Positions 28,140-38,915 of a stretch of 64,000 nucleotides of DNA are shown piece after piece. Every line of letters starts with the position of its first letter. Positions within the stretch are counted from its first letter, which is position 1. The notes under the pieces are model-generated. The model had not been told where the DNA came from. It saw only the letters and a list, made by a program, of their open reading frames with translations, and searched no databases. Source of the stretch: Acidobacteriota bacterium (GTDB lineage Bacteria > Acidobacteriota > Vicinamibacteria > Vicinamibacterales > 2-12-FULL-66-21); NCBI GenBank assembly GCA_013813355.1, contig JACCRT010000015.1, positions 1,328 through 65,327 on the forward strand, written 5' to 3'. The translations under genes and the position numbers were made by a program.

Positions 28140-28700
28140 GTGCTGCTGCTGATAGACAACTACGATTCGTTCACGTGGAACCTGGCCCAGTACTTCGGAG
28201 AGCTGGGCGCGCCGCCGCTCGTCAGGCGCAACGACGAGATCTCGGTCGAGGAGATCGCGGCGCTTCGGCCGGACCGGATCGTGATATCGCCCGGGCCGGG
28301 TCGCCCCGAGGACGCGGGGATCTCGATCGACGTCATCAGGCGCTTCGGCCCGGAGCGCCCCGTACTCGGCGTCTGCCTGGGCCACCAGGGCATCGGCGCC
28401 GCGTTCGGCGGGCAGATCGTCCGCGCGCACGAACTGATGCACGGCAAGACGTCGAGCGTGCTGCACGACGGGCGCGGGGTCTTCAAGGGGCTGTCACCCG
28501 CATTTGCGGCGGGACGCTACCACTCGCTCGTGGTCGCCGAACCGTTGCCGCCGGACCTGGAGTCAGCCGCCCGGACGGAGGACGGAACGATCATGGGGCT
28601 GCGGCATCGCGAGTACCCGATTCACGGGGTGCAGTTCCATCCCGAGTCGATCCTGACGGCCGAGGGGCGGCGGCTGCTCCGAAACTTCCTGGAGTTGTGA
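28140..28700 (+). CDS. trpG: anthranilate synthase component II (glutamine amidotransferase)
   Basis: LLLIDNYDSFTWN, catalytic GVCLGHQ, and HPES. The start is GTG 28140, with an alternative ATG at 28089. Confidence 0.9.
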   Translation: MLLLIDNYDSFTWNLAQYFGELGAPPLVRRNDEISVEEIAALRPDRIVISPGPGRPEDAGISIDVIRRFGPERPVLGVCLGHQGIGAAFGGQIVRAHELMHGKTSSVLHDGRGVFKGLSPAFAAGRYHSLVVAEPLPPDLESAARTEDGTIMGLRHREYPIHGVQFHPESILTAEGRRLLRNFLEL

Positions 28701-29731
28701 TGTTTGCCCCATTGCTCGAGAAGCTGCAACGGCGTGAGGACTTGACGGTGGAGGAGGCGGCCGCCGCCATGGAGGCCATCATGGACGGCCAGGCGCAGCC
28801 GGCCCAGATCGCCGGCCTTCTCATCGCACTCGCCATGAAGGGTGAACGCCCCGCCGAAATTGTCGGTTTCGCGCAGACGATGCGCGCGCGGGCTTCGAAG
28901 CTGTCGTCGAACTACCACCCGGTGTTCGATACATGCGGAACGGGCGGTGACCGCGCGCACACGTTCAACGTGTCCACCATCGCAGCGCTGGTCGTGGCCG
29001 CCTGTGGCGTCCGGGTGGCGAAACACGGCAACCGTTCCGTCTCGAGCCGCTGCGGCAGCGCGGACGTCTTCGAGGCGCTCGGGGTACACGTGTCCGCCGC
29101 GCCGCCCGTGGTCGAACGCTGCCTGGACGAGGCGGGGATTGCGTTCTTCTTCGCTCCGACGTTCCATCCCTCGATGCGGCACGCGGCACCCACGCGAAAG
29201 GAACTCGGCGTCCGCACCGCCTTCAACCTGCTCGGGCCCCTGACGAATCCCGCTGGCGCCACGCGGCAGCTCGTCGGCGTGCCGCGGCCCGAGCTGACCG
29301 AGCTCGTGGCGCGCGCGCTGGCGTGGCTCGGGACCGAACGAGCCTGGGTGGTGCACGGGGCCGACGGGCTCGACGAGATCTCAACCACGGGGTACACGAA
29401 GGTGTCGGAGTGCCGCGCCGGTACGGTGAACACGTTCTACGTCCACCCCGCCGATTTCGGCGTGTCCAAGTCTGCGCCAGCCGCGCTCCTGGGTGGTGAT
29501 GCCGAGCAGAACGCGGGAATCGCGCGCGCGGTCCTCGACGGCGCCGCCGGGGCGCCGCGCGACATCGTGTTGATCAATGCCGCGGCCTCGCTCCTCATCG
29601 CCGGTCGTGCGTCGACGATGGCCGAGGGGATGGCGCAGGCCGCCGAGGCGGTCGACAACGGAGGGGCAGCAGCCGCGCTCGATCGGCTGGTCGAGATCTC
29701 TCGTGCCGGGCAAGAGGCCGTGACGTCATGA
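28700..29731 (+). CDS. trpD: anthranilate phosphoribosyltransferase
   Basis: DTCGTGGD motif and KHGNRSVSS. ATG 28700 overlaps the trpG TGA by 1 nt. Confidence 0.95.
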   Translation: MFAPLLEKLQRREDLTVEEAAAAMEAIMDGQAQPAQIAGLLIALAMKGERPAEIVGFAQTMRARASKLSSNYHPVFDTCGTGGDRAHTFNVSTIAALVVAACGVRVAKHGNRSVSSRCGSADVFEALGVHVSAAPPVVERCLDEAGIAFFFAPTFHPSMRHAAPTRKELGVRTAFNLLGPLTNPAGATRQLVGVPRPELTELVARALAWLGTERAWVVHGADGLDEISTTGYTKVSECRAGTVNTFYVHPADFGVSKSAPAALLGGDAEQNAGIARAVLDGAAGAPRDIVLINAAASLLIAGRASTMAEGMAQAAEAVDNGGAAAALDRLVEISRAGQEAVTS

Positions 29732-30528
29732 CCGTTGCGGCACCGGACCTGCTGCACACGATTGTCGCGGCCGCGACGCGGATCGTCGAAATTCGCCAGG
29801 AGGCGCGCCCGGCGCGGCAGCTCGAAGCCTCGCTGGTCCGGGCGCCCGCGGGCCGTGCGTTCGCAGCTGCCCTGCGGGCCACGGGCGGCCTCAAGGTAAT
29901 CGCGGAGTGCAAGCGCCGGTCGCCCTCGAAGGGCACCCTGCGCGAGGCGTACGACCCCGCAGAGCACGCCCGGGCTTACGCAGACGCTGGCGCCGCCGCG
30001 ATATCCATACTCACCGAACCGACGTTCTTCGACGGCGCGCCCGAGCACCTCTCGGCAGCCCGTGCCGCGGTACACGTGCCACTGCTGCGGAAGGACTTCA
30101 TCGTTTCGGAGTACCAGCTGCTCGAAGCCGCTGCGCTGGGCGCCGACGCCGTACTGCTGATCGTCGGAGCGCTCGACGGTGCCGCGTTGAAGAACCTGGT
30201 GCGGGCGGCCGAGTGGCTCGGCCTGGCCTCACTGGTGGAGGTTCACGATCTCGGCGAGTTGCGGCGAGCCCTGGAGGCCGGGGCGACCATCGTCGGCGTG
30301 AATAGCCGCAATCTGCGGACGCTGGAGGTGGATCACGGCATCCAGGAACAGCTCGCCGGCCACCTGCCCGCCGGCGTGACGACGGTCGCGGAGAGTGGCA
30401 TCCGTACGCACGCCGACCTCGTGCGACTCGGTGCGTTGGGTTACCACGCCTTTCTCGTCGGCGAGCAGCTCATGACGACACCCGATCCAGGCGCGGCCCT
30501 GCGGGAGCTGCTGGGGGAGCACCCGTGA
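29728..30528 (+). CDS. trpC: indole-3-glycerol phosphate synthase
   Basis: ECKRRSPSKG motif and LRKDFI. Four-nt overlap with trpD. Confidence 0.95.
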   Translation: MTVAAPDLLHTIVAAATRIVEIRQEARPARQLEASLVRAPAGRAFAAALRATGGLKVIAECKRRSPSKGTLREAYDPAEHARAYADAGAAAISILTEPTFFDGAPEHLSAARAAVHVPLLRKDFIVSEYQLLEAAALGADAVLLIVGALDGAALKNLVRAAEWLGLASLVEVHDLGELRRALEAGATIVGVNSRNLRTLEVDHGIQEQLAGHLPAGVTTVAESGIRTHADLVRLGALGYHAFLVGEQLMTTPDPGAALRELLGEHP

Positions 30529-31127
30529 GGGTCAAAATCTGCGGCATCACGCGAGCCGAGGATGCGCGACTGGCCGCAGCGCTCGGCGCAGCCGCCGTCG
30601 GCTTCGTGTTCTGGCCTCGCAGCCCGCGCTGCATACACCCGGATGTCGCACGTGCGATCGTCGCGGACCTGCCGGCCCACGTCAGGGCGGTCGGTGTTTT
30701 TGTCGATCAGCCTGTCGAGGAGGTGGCCCGCGTGGTCCGGACGGTTGGCCTCGGCGCCGTGCAGCTTCACGGCCGCGAGGATTCAGGGCCGTTCGAAGCA
30801 CTCGGCCTGCCGATCATCAAGGCTGTCGCGGTAGGGGCCGGGTTCGTTCCCGCATCGGTAGCGACAATCCCGCCGACGGTGATGGTGCTGCTCGACGCGC
30901 ATGACCCGGCGAAGCGGGGGGGGACCGGCCGCACGATCGACTGGAGCCTCGCGGCTCGGGTCGCGGCCACGCGCGACACGGTGCTCTCGGGAGGGCTGGA
31001 TCCAGCGAATGTTCGCGCGGCGATCGCACAGGTCCGGCCGTACATGATTGACGTCTCTTCGGGCGTGGAGTCGGTGCCGGGCATCAAGGATCCCGCCCGC
31101 CTGCGCGCGTTGTTCCAGGAAGTGTAG
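30525..31127 (+). CDS. trpF: phosphoribosylanthranilate isomerase
   Basis: VKICGIT N-terminus and DVSSGVE. Four-nt overlap with trpC. Confidence 0.9.
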   Translation: MRVKICGITRAEDARLAAALGAAAVGFVFWPRSPRCIHPDVARAIVADLPAHVRAVGVFVDQPVEEVARVVRTVGLGAVQLHGREDSGPFEALGLPIIKAVAVGAGFVPASVATIPPTVMVLLDAHDPAKRGGTGRTIDWSLAARVAATRDTVLSGGLDPANVRAAIAQVRPYMIDVSSGVESVPGIKDPARLRALFQEV

Positions 31128-32345
31128 ATGGAACCATCATTCGGCAGGCGTGACCCTGATGCGCGCGGATACTTTGGCGCGTATGGTGGACGATTCGTTC
31201 CGGAGACGCTCGTGGCGCCTGTCGAGGCACTCGAACGGGCCTACCGGGCGGCCCGGGACGAGCCGGCGTTCCGGGCGGCACTGGCGCGTCTGCTGAGGGA
31301 CTTCGTCGGCCGCGCGACGCCCCTCTACGAGGCCCGGCGCCTGTCGGCCTCTCTCGGCGGAGCACGCATCTTTCTGAAACGAGAAGACCTTGCGCATACC
31401 GGAGCGCACAAGATCAATAACGCCCTGGGCCAGGCCTTGCTGGCACAGCGCATGGGCAAGCGCCGCATCGTCGCCGAGACCGGCGCCGGTCAGCACGGCG
31501 TGGCGACGGCCACGGCCTGTGCGCTGCTCGGCCTGTCGTGCGAGATCTACATGGGTGCGGAAGACATGGAGCGGCAATCGCTCAACGTGTTCCGCATGCA
31601 GTTGCTCGGAGCCACCGTGCGGCGCGTGGACGCCGGCGCCCGAACGCTGAAGGATGCGATCAACGAGGCGATGCGCGACTGGGTCACGAACGTGGTCGAC
31701 ACCTACTACCTGCTCGGGTCCGTCCTGGGGCCGCATCCCTATCCGCTCATGGTCCGTGAGTTCCAGTCGGTGATCGGCCAGGAGGCCCGTGCCCAGTGCC
31801 TTGACCAGGTCGGCCGGCTTCCCGACGCCGTCGTCGCCTGCATTGGAGGCGGCAGCAACGCGATGGGTATTTTCGATGCGTTCCTGGGCGACGAGTCGGT
31901 CCGCCTCGTAGGCGTCGAGGCGGGTGGGCATGGGATCGAACGCGGGCAGCACGCGGCGCGGTTCGCCGGCGGAAGCGCAGGCGTGCTCCAGGGCACCCGC
32001 AGCTACGTCCTGCAGGACGAGGCGGGCAACATCGAGCTGACGCACTCCATCTCGGCCGGCCTCGACTACGCCGCCGTCGGGCCTGAGCATGCCTGGCTGC
32101 ACGAGACAGGGCGCGCGGAATACACCTGGGTCGACGACACCGCCGCGCTGCAGGCCTTCCAACGACTCGCGAGAGAGGAAGGAATCCTGCCCGCGCTCGA
32201 GTCGTCGCACGCGATTGCCCATGCATGTCGCCTCGCCCCCGGGCTGCCGCCTGACGGCGTGCTGCTGGTGAACTTGTCGGGACGCGGCGACAAGGATGTC
32301 CTGAGTGTCCAGAAGGTCCTGGACGCCGTGGAGGAGCGCCGCTGA
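31128..32345 (+). CDS. trpB: tryptophan synthase beta chain
   Basis: YGGRFVPE and the PLP-lysine motif HTGAHKINN. Confidence 0.97.
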   Translation: MEPSFGRRDPDARGYFGAYGGRFVPETLVAPVEALERAYRAARDEPAFRAALARLLRDFVGRATPLYEARRLSASLGGARIFLKREDLAHTGAHKINNALGQALLAQRMGKRRIVAETGAGQHGVATATACALLGLSCEIYMGAEDMERQSLNVFRMQLLGATVRRVDAGARTLKDAINEAMRDWVTNVVDTYYLLGSVLGPHPYPLMVREFQSVIGQEARAQCLDQVGRLPDAVVACIGGGSNAMGIFDAFLGDESVRLVGVEAGGHGIERGQHAARFAGGSAGVLQGTRSYVLQDEAGNIELTHSISAGLDYAAVGPEHAWLHETGRAEYTWVDDTAALQAFQRLAREEGILPALESSHAIAHACRLAPGLPPDGVLLVNLSGRGDKDVLSVQKVLDAVEERR

Positions 32346-33139
32346 TGTCGCGGCTTGACGGCTCGTTCGCACGCATTCGGGCACAGGGCGGGCCGGGTCT
32401 CGTGACCTACGTCACCGCTGGCGACCCCGATGCGGCGACGTCCGTGCGGATCCTCGTGGCGATCGCGAGGGCGGGCGCCGACGTGCTCGAGGTCGGGGTA
32501 CCGTTCTCGGACCCGCTCGCCGATGGTCCGGTCATCCAGCGCGCCAGCGAGCGGGCGCTCGCGTCGGGCATGACGCTGGCGGGGGCGCTCGACGTGGTTC
32601 GCGCCGTCCGGCGCGAAGTGGACACACCGATCGTCCTCTTTACCTACGCCAACCCGGTCGTGCGGATGGACGCCTCCGTGTTCGCCCGCTCGGCACGAGA
32701 CGCGGGCGTGGACGGCGTGCTCATCCTCGATCATCCGATCGAAGAGGCGGAGCCGCTGCGGAGCCTGCTGGTCGAGGCCGGCGTCGATCCGATCTTCCTG
32801 GTCAGCCCGACGACCAGCGATGAGAGGATTCGACGGTCAGCCGAGCTGGGCCGCGGGTTCCTCTACGTGATCTCGCGACTCGGCATCACCGGCGTCAGCG
32901 ACCAGGTGGCGAGCGGCGCCGCCGGCCTCGTCACCCGCGTCCGCGCCGGTGCTGCGGGGTTGCCAATCGCTCTCGGCTTCGGCATCTCGCGACCGGAACA
33001 CGTGCTGGAGGCATGCGCGACGGCGGACGCGGCGGTCGTCGGCAGTGCCCTGGTCAGCGTTATCGCGGCGCACGGTTCGGCAGCCGATGTCGACGCGCGC
33101 GCAGCCGGGTTCGTCCGGTGGCTGAAAGGGACGGCATGA
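32345..33139 (+). CDS. trpA: tryptophan synthase alpha chain
   Basis: FSDPLADGPVIQ motif. One-nt overlap with trpB. Confidence 0.95.
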   Translation: MSRLDGSFARIRAQGGPGLVTYVTAGDPDAATSVRILVAIARAGADVLEVGVPFSDPLADGPVIQRASERALASGMTLAGALDVVRAVRREVDTPIVLFTYANPVVRMDASVFARSARDAGVDGVLILDHPIEEAEPLRSLLVEAGVDPIFLVSPTTSDERIRRSAELGRGFLYVISRLGITGVSDQVASGAAGLVTRVRAGAAGLPIALGFGISRPEHVLEACATADAAVVGSALVSVIAAHGSAADVDARAAGFVRWLKGTA

Positions 33140-33435
33140 GCCGCCGGCTCGACGATCTGCGCCGCAGCATGGACGAGATCGACGCGCAGCTGGTCGAGCT
33201 GCTGAGCGCCAGGGCCACCTGCGCGCTCGAGATCGGACAGGTCAAGAAGCAATGCGGCATGCCGGTGTATCAACCCGCCCGTGAAAGCGACGTCCTGGCC
33301 CACGTGCAGCGGATCAACCAGGGGCCGCTCGACGACGGGGCCGTGAAGCGGCTCTTCGAGCGGATCATCGATGAGGCTCGACGCCTGGAGCGACTCGCGG
33401 AGGCAGGGCAGGGAGAGCCGGAGCCTCCACGCTAG
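33136..33435 (+). CDS. chorismate mutase (AroQ class, monofunctional)
   Basis: LRRSMDEIDAQLVELLSARA helix, typical of AroQ. ATG 33136 overlaps the trpA stop as ATGA. Confidence 0.85.
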   Translation: MSRRLDDLRRSMDEIDAQLVELLSARATCALEIGQVKKQCGMPVYQPARESDVLAHVQRINQGPLDDGAVKRLFERIIDEARRLERLAEAGQGEPEPPR

Positions 33436-33598
33436 TCCCCTCGGAAGCGTCATGCGTTGCCTACGTCCCGGAGCGCGGCGCCCGGATCGCCAGGCGCGAC
33501 GACCGCGCATAGTGGGCCTCTGTAGGGGAGGAGCAACGCCGCGAGCCGGGATGCCCCGCCCGGGACGTATGTGACGCATCACGTTTCCAGGGGACTAG
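33432..33598. other. 167-nt long-stem inverted-repeat element (structured RNA or MITE-like)
   Basis: The arms 33432-33471 and 33560-33598 pair over about 39 bp, with 2 mismatches, 1 bulge and 3 G-U pairs. The termini are CTAGTCCCCT and AGGGGACTAG. An 88-nt GC-rich apical part contains sub-hairpins. Confidence 0.6.
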
Positions 33599-33713
33599 AA
33601 TAGACACGACGACACGCGGATTTTGAACGGATTCGACAGGGGACGGAATCACACGGCAGCCGCTGCGGCGTGCTGCGAACGGTCAGCTGCCTGCTTCAAG
33701 AGCGATAATTTTT

Positions 33714-34760
33714 ATGGTTGTGGTCATGCAGGAGCGCGCGACGGACGAGCAGATCCAGAGTGTCATCGCGCAGCTCGTGGGGATGGGATTCGACGTGCAC
33801 CGGTCCACGGGGTCGCTGCGGACCGTGATCGGTGCAGTCGGGCCGACAACAGGCGACCCTCGCCTCGTGGAGATGCTCGACGGGGTGAAGGAAGTGTTGC
33901 GGATTACGGAGCCTTACAAGCTGGCCAGCCGCACGTTCCGGCCCGAGAACACCGTAATCACGATCGGCGACGTCCGGATCGGCGGGGACGAAGTGATCGT
34001 CATGGCGGGCCCGTGCTCGGCAGAGAGCGAGGAACAGGTCGAAGCCAGCGCGGCGGCCGTGCGGCGCGCCGGCGCGAAGATCCTCCGCGGCGGGGCGTAC
34101 AAGCCGCGAAGCTCGCCGTACAGCTTCCAGGGGCTCGGCGAGGACGGCCTGCGGCTGCTGCGCGGCGCCGCCGATCGCCACAACCTGAAGCTGGTCTCGG
34201 AGGTGATGGATATCAGCCAGCTCGAGACGATCCTGCGCTATGCCGATATCCTGCAGGTCGGCGCCCGCAACATGCAGAACTTCACGCTGCTGCGCGAACT
34301 GGGTCGCACCCGGAAGCCGGTGCTGCTCAAGCGCGGCATCTCGGCGACTATCGAGGAGTGGCTCCTCTCGGCCGAGTACATCCTGGCCGGCGGGAACGCC
34401 GACGTCATGCTATGCGAGCGAGGCATCCGAACGTTCGAAAGCTACACGCGCAACACGCTCGACATCTCGGCGATCCCCGTCGTCCAGAAACTGAGCCACC
34501 TCCCGGTCCTTGTCGATCCCAGCCACGGCACCGGGCGCCGCGACAAGGTCGCCCCGATGGCCCGCGCCGCCGTCGCGGCCGGCGCCGACGGCCTGCTCAT
34601 CGAGGTGCACTGCGATCCTGACCACGCGCTCAGCGACGGTGCACAGTCGCTGTTCCCCTCCCAGTTCGATCGCCTGATGGCCGAGCTCCGGATCATCGCC
34701 CCGGCGATCGGTCGCAGTATCTGCCTCGAGCCCGTGGCTCGCCGCGGCTGGGGAACGTAG
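33714..34760 (+). CDS. aroF: 3-deoxy-7-phosphoheptulonate (DAHP) synthase, class I-beta with N-terminal regulatory (ferredoxin-like) domain
   Basis: N-terminal ~70-aa domain ([21 protein letters not shown]...) followed by a catalytic barrel with [13 protein letters not shown]. Confidence 0.9.
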   Translation: MVVVMQERATDEQIQSVIAQLVGMGFDVHRSTGSLRTVIGAVGPTTGDPRLVEMLDGVKEVLRITEPYKLASRTFRPENTVITIGDVRIGGDEVIVMAGPCSAESEEQVEASAAAVRRAGAKILRGGAYKPRSSPYSFQGLGEDGLRLLRGAADRHNLKLVSEVMDISQLETILRYADILQVGARNMQNFTLLRELGRTRKPVLLKRGISATIEEWLLSAEYILAGGNADVMLCERGIRTFESYTRNTLDISAIPVVQKLSHLPVLVDPSHGTGRRDKVAPMARAAVAAGADGLLIEVHCDPDHALSDGAQSLFPSQFDRLMAELRIIAPAIGRSICLEPVARRGWGT

Positions 34761-34763
34761 GGA

Positions 34764-34792
34764 AAGGCTGAAGGGCTGAAGGATGAAGGTTC
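34764..34792. repeat. degenerate heptad array AAGGCTG AAGGGCTG AAGGATG AAGGTTC
   Basis: Read directly. The array starts 4 nt after the DAHP synthase stop and shares GAAAGGCTGAAGG with the arrays at 3805 and 19034. Confidence 0.8.
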
Positions 34793-34809
34793 ACGGGGGA
34801 TTTTGACCC

Positions 34810-35736
34810 ATGCCCACCCGGCTCCCGATGGCTGACACTCGGCGCGAATCGAGCGCGCCCCCGCCGTTTGCACGGGTCGCGATCGTCGGCTTCGGGTTGA
34901 TTGGCGCCTCGCTGGGTCTCGCGATCAAGCAACGGTGGCCGCAGGCGCTGGTCATCGCCGTGGACCGCAAAGACGTCATCGAGACCGCCATGCGGATGCA
35001 CGCGGCGGACGTCGGCGGCGACGACCTGGTGCTGGCGGCTGAAGCTGAGCTGATCGTGCTGGCGGCACCGGTCCAGGCCAACCACCGCATCCTTCGCGAA
35101 CTCGCGGACCATGTCCCCGGCGTTGCGCTGGTCACAGACGTGGGCAGCACCAAGCGGGAAACCGTGGCGGCGGCACAGGCGCTTCCCGAACGGCTCCGCT
35201 TCATCGGCGGGCACCCGCTCGCCGGCGCAGCCGTCGGAGGCATCGAGGCCGCGCGTGGGGACCTGTTCCATGGCCGCCCCTGGATCCTCACCCCGAGCTC
35301 GTCACGCCACGAGACCGGCCTCCTGGGCACGATGCTCGAAGCCATCGGTGCGCAGGTGCGGACGCTGGCGCCCGAGGCGCACGACGCGCTCGTCACGTAT
35401 CTCAGCCACCTGCCGCAGCTCGTCGCCTCGGCCCTGATGCACGTGGTCGGCACGCACACGGGCGCAGAGGGCCTCGCCCTCGCGGGGCGCGGGCTGCGTG
35501 ACTCGACGCGTCTCGCCACGAGCCCACCAGGCGTCTGGCGGGACATCGTGGCCACAAATCACGACAACATCAGCGCCGCGCTGGACGATCTGATCGAGGT
35601 ACTGCGCCGGTTGCAGGCCGGAGAGGGCGCGGCCGACGACCTCGGACGCACGTTCGAGTCGGCGGCTGACTGGAAGCGCACGCTGGAACAGGCCTTCGAT
35701 GATCCCGCCATCACGAGCCGCGAAGGAGGCGCGTAG
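34810..35736 (+). CDS. tyrA: prephenate dehydrogenase
   Basis: Rossmann motif [14 protein letters not shown] and GGHPLAG. Confidence 0.9.
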   Translation: MPTRLPMADTRRESSAPPPFARVAIVGFGLIGASLGLAIKQRWPQALVIAVDRKDVIETAMRMHAADVGGDDLVLAAEAELIVLAAPVQANHRILRELADHVPGVALVTDVGSTKRETVAAAQALPERLRFIGGHPLAGAAVGGIEAARGDLFHGRPWILTPSSSRHETGLLGTMLEAIGAQVRTLAPEAHDALVTYLSHLPQLVASALMHVVGTHTGAEGLALAGRGLRDSTRLATSPPGVWRDIVATNHDNISAALDDLIEVLRRLQAGEGAADDLGRTFESAADWKRTLEQAFDDPAITSREGGA

Positions 35737-37688
35737 TGGACGCGCCGTTGTGGACCCCATCCCCGGCGCGCGTGGAGCGGGCCCGACTCACAGCGTTTTC
35801 ACGCCACGTACAGCAGCAATGGGACGTCGACGCGTCCACATATGACGCCCTGTACCGCTTTTCGATCGAACGGCCGGCGGAATTCTGGCGCTCCATCTGG
35901 GAATTCAGCGGCGTCATCGGCGACATGGGCGAGCAGGCCGTCGTGGATCTCGATCGCATGCCCGGCGCGCGATTCTTTCCCGATGCGCGTCTCAATTTTG
36001 CCGAGAACCTGCTCCGGGGCACGGGCGACGGGCCGGCCATCATTTTTCAAGGAGAGGGGCTGGCGCCGAAGACGCTGAGCTGGGCCGGGCTGCGGGCCGA
36101 GGTGGCAGTGTTTGCGGCCGCGCTCAGGGCTCAGGGCCTTCAGCCCGGCGACCGGGTCGCCGCGTTCCTGCCAAACATCCCGGAGGCAGTCGTCGCGGCG
36201 CTCGCGGTGGCGGCGATTGGCGCCGTCTGGTCGTCCTGCTCGCCGGATTTCGGCGTCACCGGCGTGCTCGATCGGTTCGGCCAGATCGAACCGCGCATCC
36301 TGATCACGGCCGACGGATACTTGTACGGTGGTAAGAGTCATGACTCGCTGGCGAAAGCGGGTGAGGTGGTTCGGTCGCTTCCGACCGTCGAGCGCGTCGT
36401 GGTCGTGCCATACGTGAACAGCGCCCTCAACCTCGAAGGTGTTCCGGGCGCCGTGCTCTGGAACGATTTCACGGCCGGGCACCATGGTACGCCGCTCACG
36501 TTCGAACAGCTGACCTTCGATCACCCGCTGTACATTCTGTACTCGTCCGGCACGACCGGCATCCCGAAGTGCATCGTGCACGGCGCGGGCGGCACGCTCA
36601 TCCAGCACCTGAAAGAGCATCAACTCCACTGCGACATCCATCCGGGAGACCGCGTCTTCTACTTCACGACGCTCGGGTGGATGATGTGGAACTGGCTCGT
36701 CACCGTCCTCGCCTCGGAGGCGACCGTCCTGCTGTACGACGGGTCGCCCTTCCACCCGAACGGCCACGTGTTGTTCGACCTGGCCGACGCGCATGGCATG
36801 ACCCTCTTCGGCACGTCCGCCAAGTTCATCGACGCTCTGAACAAGGCCGACGTGGCGCCAATCGACACTCACCGGCTCGACACGGTGCGGACGATGACCT
36901 CGACCGGTTCGCCGCTGGCGGCCGAGAGCTTCGACTACGTCTACGGGCGCGTGAAGAAGGACCTGCACCTCGCGTCCATTTCCGGCGGCACAGACATCGT
37001 GAGCTGCTTCGTGGGAGGCAACCCTGCCGGGCCGGTATGGCGTGGCGAGATCCAGGGCCGTGCGCTCGGCATGAAGGTCGAGGTCTTCGACGATGATGGG
37101 AGGCCGCTGCCGCCGGGTGCAAAAGGAGAGCTCGTCTGCACTATGCCGTTCCCCTCGATGCCGGTCGGCTTCTGGAACGACCCGGACGGCCGGAAGTATC
37201 ACGCCGCATACTTCGACACCTGGCCGGGCGTCTGGCGCCACGGCGATTACGTGGAACTGACCTCCCGCGGCGGGATGATCATCTACGGCCGCTCCGACGC
37301 CGTGCTGAACCCGGGAGGCGTGCGGATCGGGACGGCCGAGATCTACCGCCAGGTGGAGCAGCTCGACGAGGTCCTGGAGAGCCTGGTCATCGGCCAGCAG
37401 TGGGATCGCGACGAGCGCGTGGTGCTGTTCGTCCGGCTCCGGGATGACATGACGCTCTCACCAGAACTCGAGGATTTGATCCGGCGGCAGATCCGCGCCA
37501 GCACCACGCCCCGGCACGTGCCGGCCCGTATCGTCCAGGTTCCGGAGATCCCGCGGACCAAGAGCGGCAAGATCGTCGAACTCGCCGTGCGCGACGTCGT
37601 GCACGGCCGCCCCGTGAAGAACCGCGAGGCACTGGCCAACCCGAGCGCGCTCGAGCACTTCAGGGACAGGCCCGAACTGAGCGGATGA
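35736..37688 (+). CDS. acetoacetate--CoA ligase (acetoacetyl-CoA synthetase)
   Basis: N-terminal WTPS...[13 protein letters not shown], typical of AacS, and AMP-binding motif [14 protein letters not shown]. The GTG start overlaps the tyrA TAG. Confidence 0.85.
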   Translation: MDAPLWTPSPARVERARLTAFSRHVQQQWDVDASTYDALYRFSIERPAEFWRSIWEFSGVIGDMGEQAVVDLDRMPGARFFPDARLNFAENLLRGTGDGPAIIFQGEGLAPKTLSWAGLRAEVAVFAAALRAQGLQPGDRVAAFLPNIPEAVVAALAVAAIGAVWSSCSPDFGVTGVLDRFGQIEPRILITADGYLYGGKSHDSLAKAGEVVRSLPTVERVVVVPYVNSALNLEGVPGAVLWNDFTAGHHGTPLTFEQLTFDHPLYILYSSGTTGIPKCIVHGAGGTLIQHLKEHQLHCDIHPGDRVFYFTTLGWMMWNWLVTVLASEATVLLYDGSPFHPNGHVLFDLADAHGMTLFGTSAKFIDALNKADVAPIDTHRLDTVRTMTSTGSPLAAESFDYVYGRVKKDLHLASISGGTDIVSCFVGGNPAGPVWRGEIQGRALGMKVEVFDDDGRPLPPGAKGELVCTMPFPSMPVGFWNDPDGRKYHAAYFDTWPGVWRHGDYVELTSRGGMIIYGRSDAVLNPGGVRIGTAEIYRQVEQLDEVLESLVIGQQWDRDERVVLFVRLRDDMTLSPELEDLIRRQIRASTTPRHVPARIVQVPEIPRTKSGKIVELAVRDVVHGRPVKNREALANPSALEHFRDRPELSG

Positions 37689-37730
37689 TCTGTCGCGCAG
37701 GGCTCGGGTGAATCAGCAACGGGAGTTGAC

Positions 37731-38915
37731 ATGGACCAGGCAGTGATTCTGAGTGCGTGCCGCACGCCCATCGGGTCGTTCGGCGGCGCGTTGAAGGACC
37801 TCTCCGCGGCCGACCTGGGCGCCGTGGTCATCCGCGACGCCATCGCCCGCGCGCGGATAGACCCGGCGGAGATCGGCGACGTCATCATGGGCTGCGTGCT
37901 GCAGGCGGGCGCCGGGATGAACGTGGCCAGGCAGGCGGCAATCAAGGCGGGTGTTCCGGTTGACGTGCCGGCCGAGACGGTGAACCGCGTCTGCGGCTCC
38001 GGCCTCCAGGCGGTCGTGCACGCGGTCGAAGCCGTGAAAGCCGGCTACATCGACCTGGTGCTGGCGGGGGGCACCGAGTCGATGAGCAACGCGCCGTACC
38101 TGCTGAAGGGGGCGCGCTGGGGCTACCGGATGGGGAATGGTGAGGCCGTGGATTCGATGATCCACGAGGGACTCACCTGCGCGATCAACGGCTGCCACAT
38201 GGGCAACACGGCCGAAGAGATCGTGAAACGCTTCGGGATTTCGCGCGCCGACCAGGATGCGTTTGCCGCAGAGAGCCAGCGGCGCGCCGCAGCGGCCATC
38301 GACGCCGGCGTGTTCGACGAGGAAATCGTCCCTGTCGAGATCCCGCAGCGCAAGGGCGCCGCCGTGAAGGTGACGAAAGACGAGTATCCGCGCGCCGGCA
38401 CCACCGTCGAAAAGCTGGCCTCGCTGAAGGCCGCGTTCATGAAAGAGGGCGGCACCGTCACCGCAGGCAACGCCTCGGGCATCAACGACGGCGCGGCGGC
38501 CCTCGTGATCGCGACCGAGGCCAAGGCCCGGGCGCTCGGACGGAAACCGCTGGCCCGCATCCTGTCGTACTGCACGATCGGCGTTGACCCGATGATCATG
38601 GGGATGGGCCCTGTTGAAGCGATGCGCAAGGCCGTCGCCCGTGCCAATCTCTCACTCGACGAGCTGGACGTCGTCGAGCTGAATGAGGCCTTCGCCTCCC
38701 AGTCGCTCGCCGTCGTCCGCGAGCTGAAGCTGGATCCCGACAAGGTGAACGTGCACGGCGGCGCCATCGCTCTCGGCCACCCCATCGGTGCCAGCGGGGC
38801 GCGCGTGCTCACCACGCTCGTCCACGCCTTGCAGGCGCGCGGCGGCGGACGCGGTGCCGCCGCGTTATGTGTCGGCGGCGGGATGGGGACGGCGATGGTC
38901 GTGGAAGCCATGTGA
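37731..38915 (+). CDS. acetyl-CoA C-acetyltransferase (thiolase II)
   Basis: Active-site [17 protein letters not shown], and C-terminal CVGGGMG. Confidence 0.95.
   Translation: MDQAVILSACRTPIGSFGGALKDLSAADLGAVVIRDAIARARIDPAEIGDVIMGCVLQAGAGMNVARQAAIKAGVPVDVPAETVNRVCGSGLQAVVHAVEAVKAGYIDLVLAGGTESMSNAPYLLKGARWGYRMGNGEAVDSMIHEGLTCAINGCHMGNTAEEIVKRFGISRADQDAFAAESQRRAAAAIDAGVFDEEIVPVEIPQRKGAAVKVTKDEYPRAGTTVEKLASLKAAFMKEGGTVTAGNASGINDGAAALVIATEAKARALGRKPLARILSYCTIGVDPMIMGMGPVEAMRKAVARANLSLDELDVVELNEAFASQSLAVVRELKLDPDKVNVHGGAIALGHPIGASGARVLTTLVHALQARGGGRGAAALCVGGGMGTAMVVEAM

Noticed and set aside
33599-33713. A second leader-peptide attenuator (Phe/Tyr codon run) in front of DAHP synthase.
   Set aside because: There is no run of Phe or Tyr codons in any frame, and no hairpin followed by a T-tract. 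Only a weak GATAAT lies close to the ATG.
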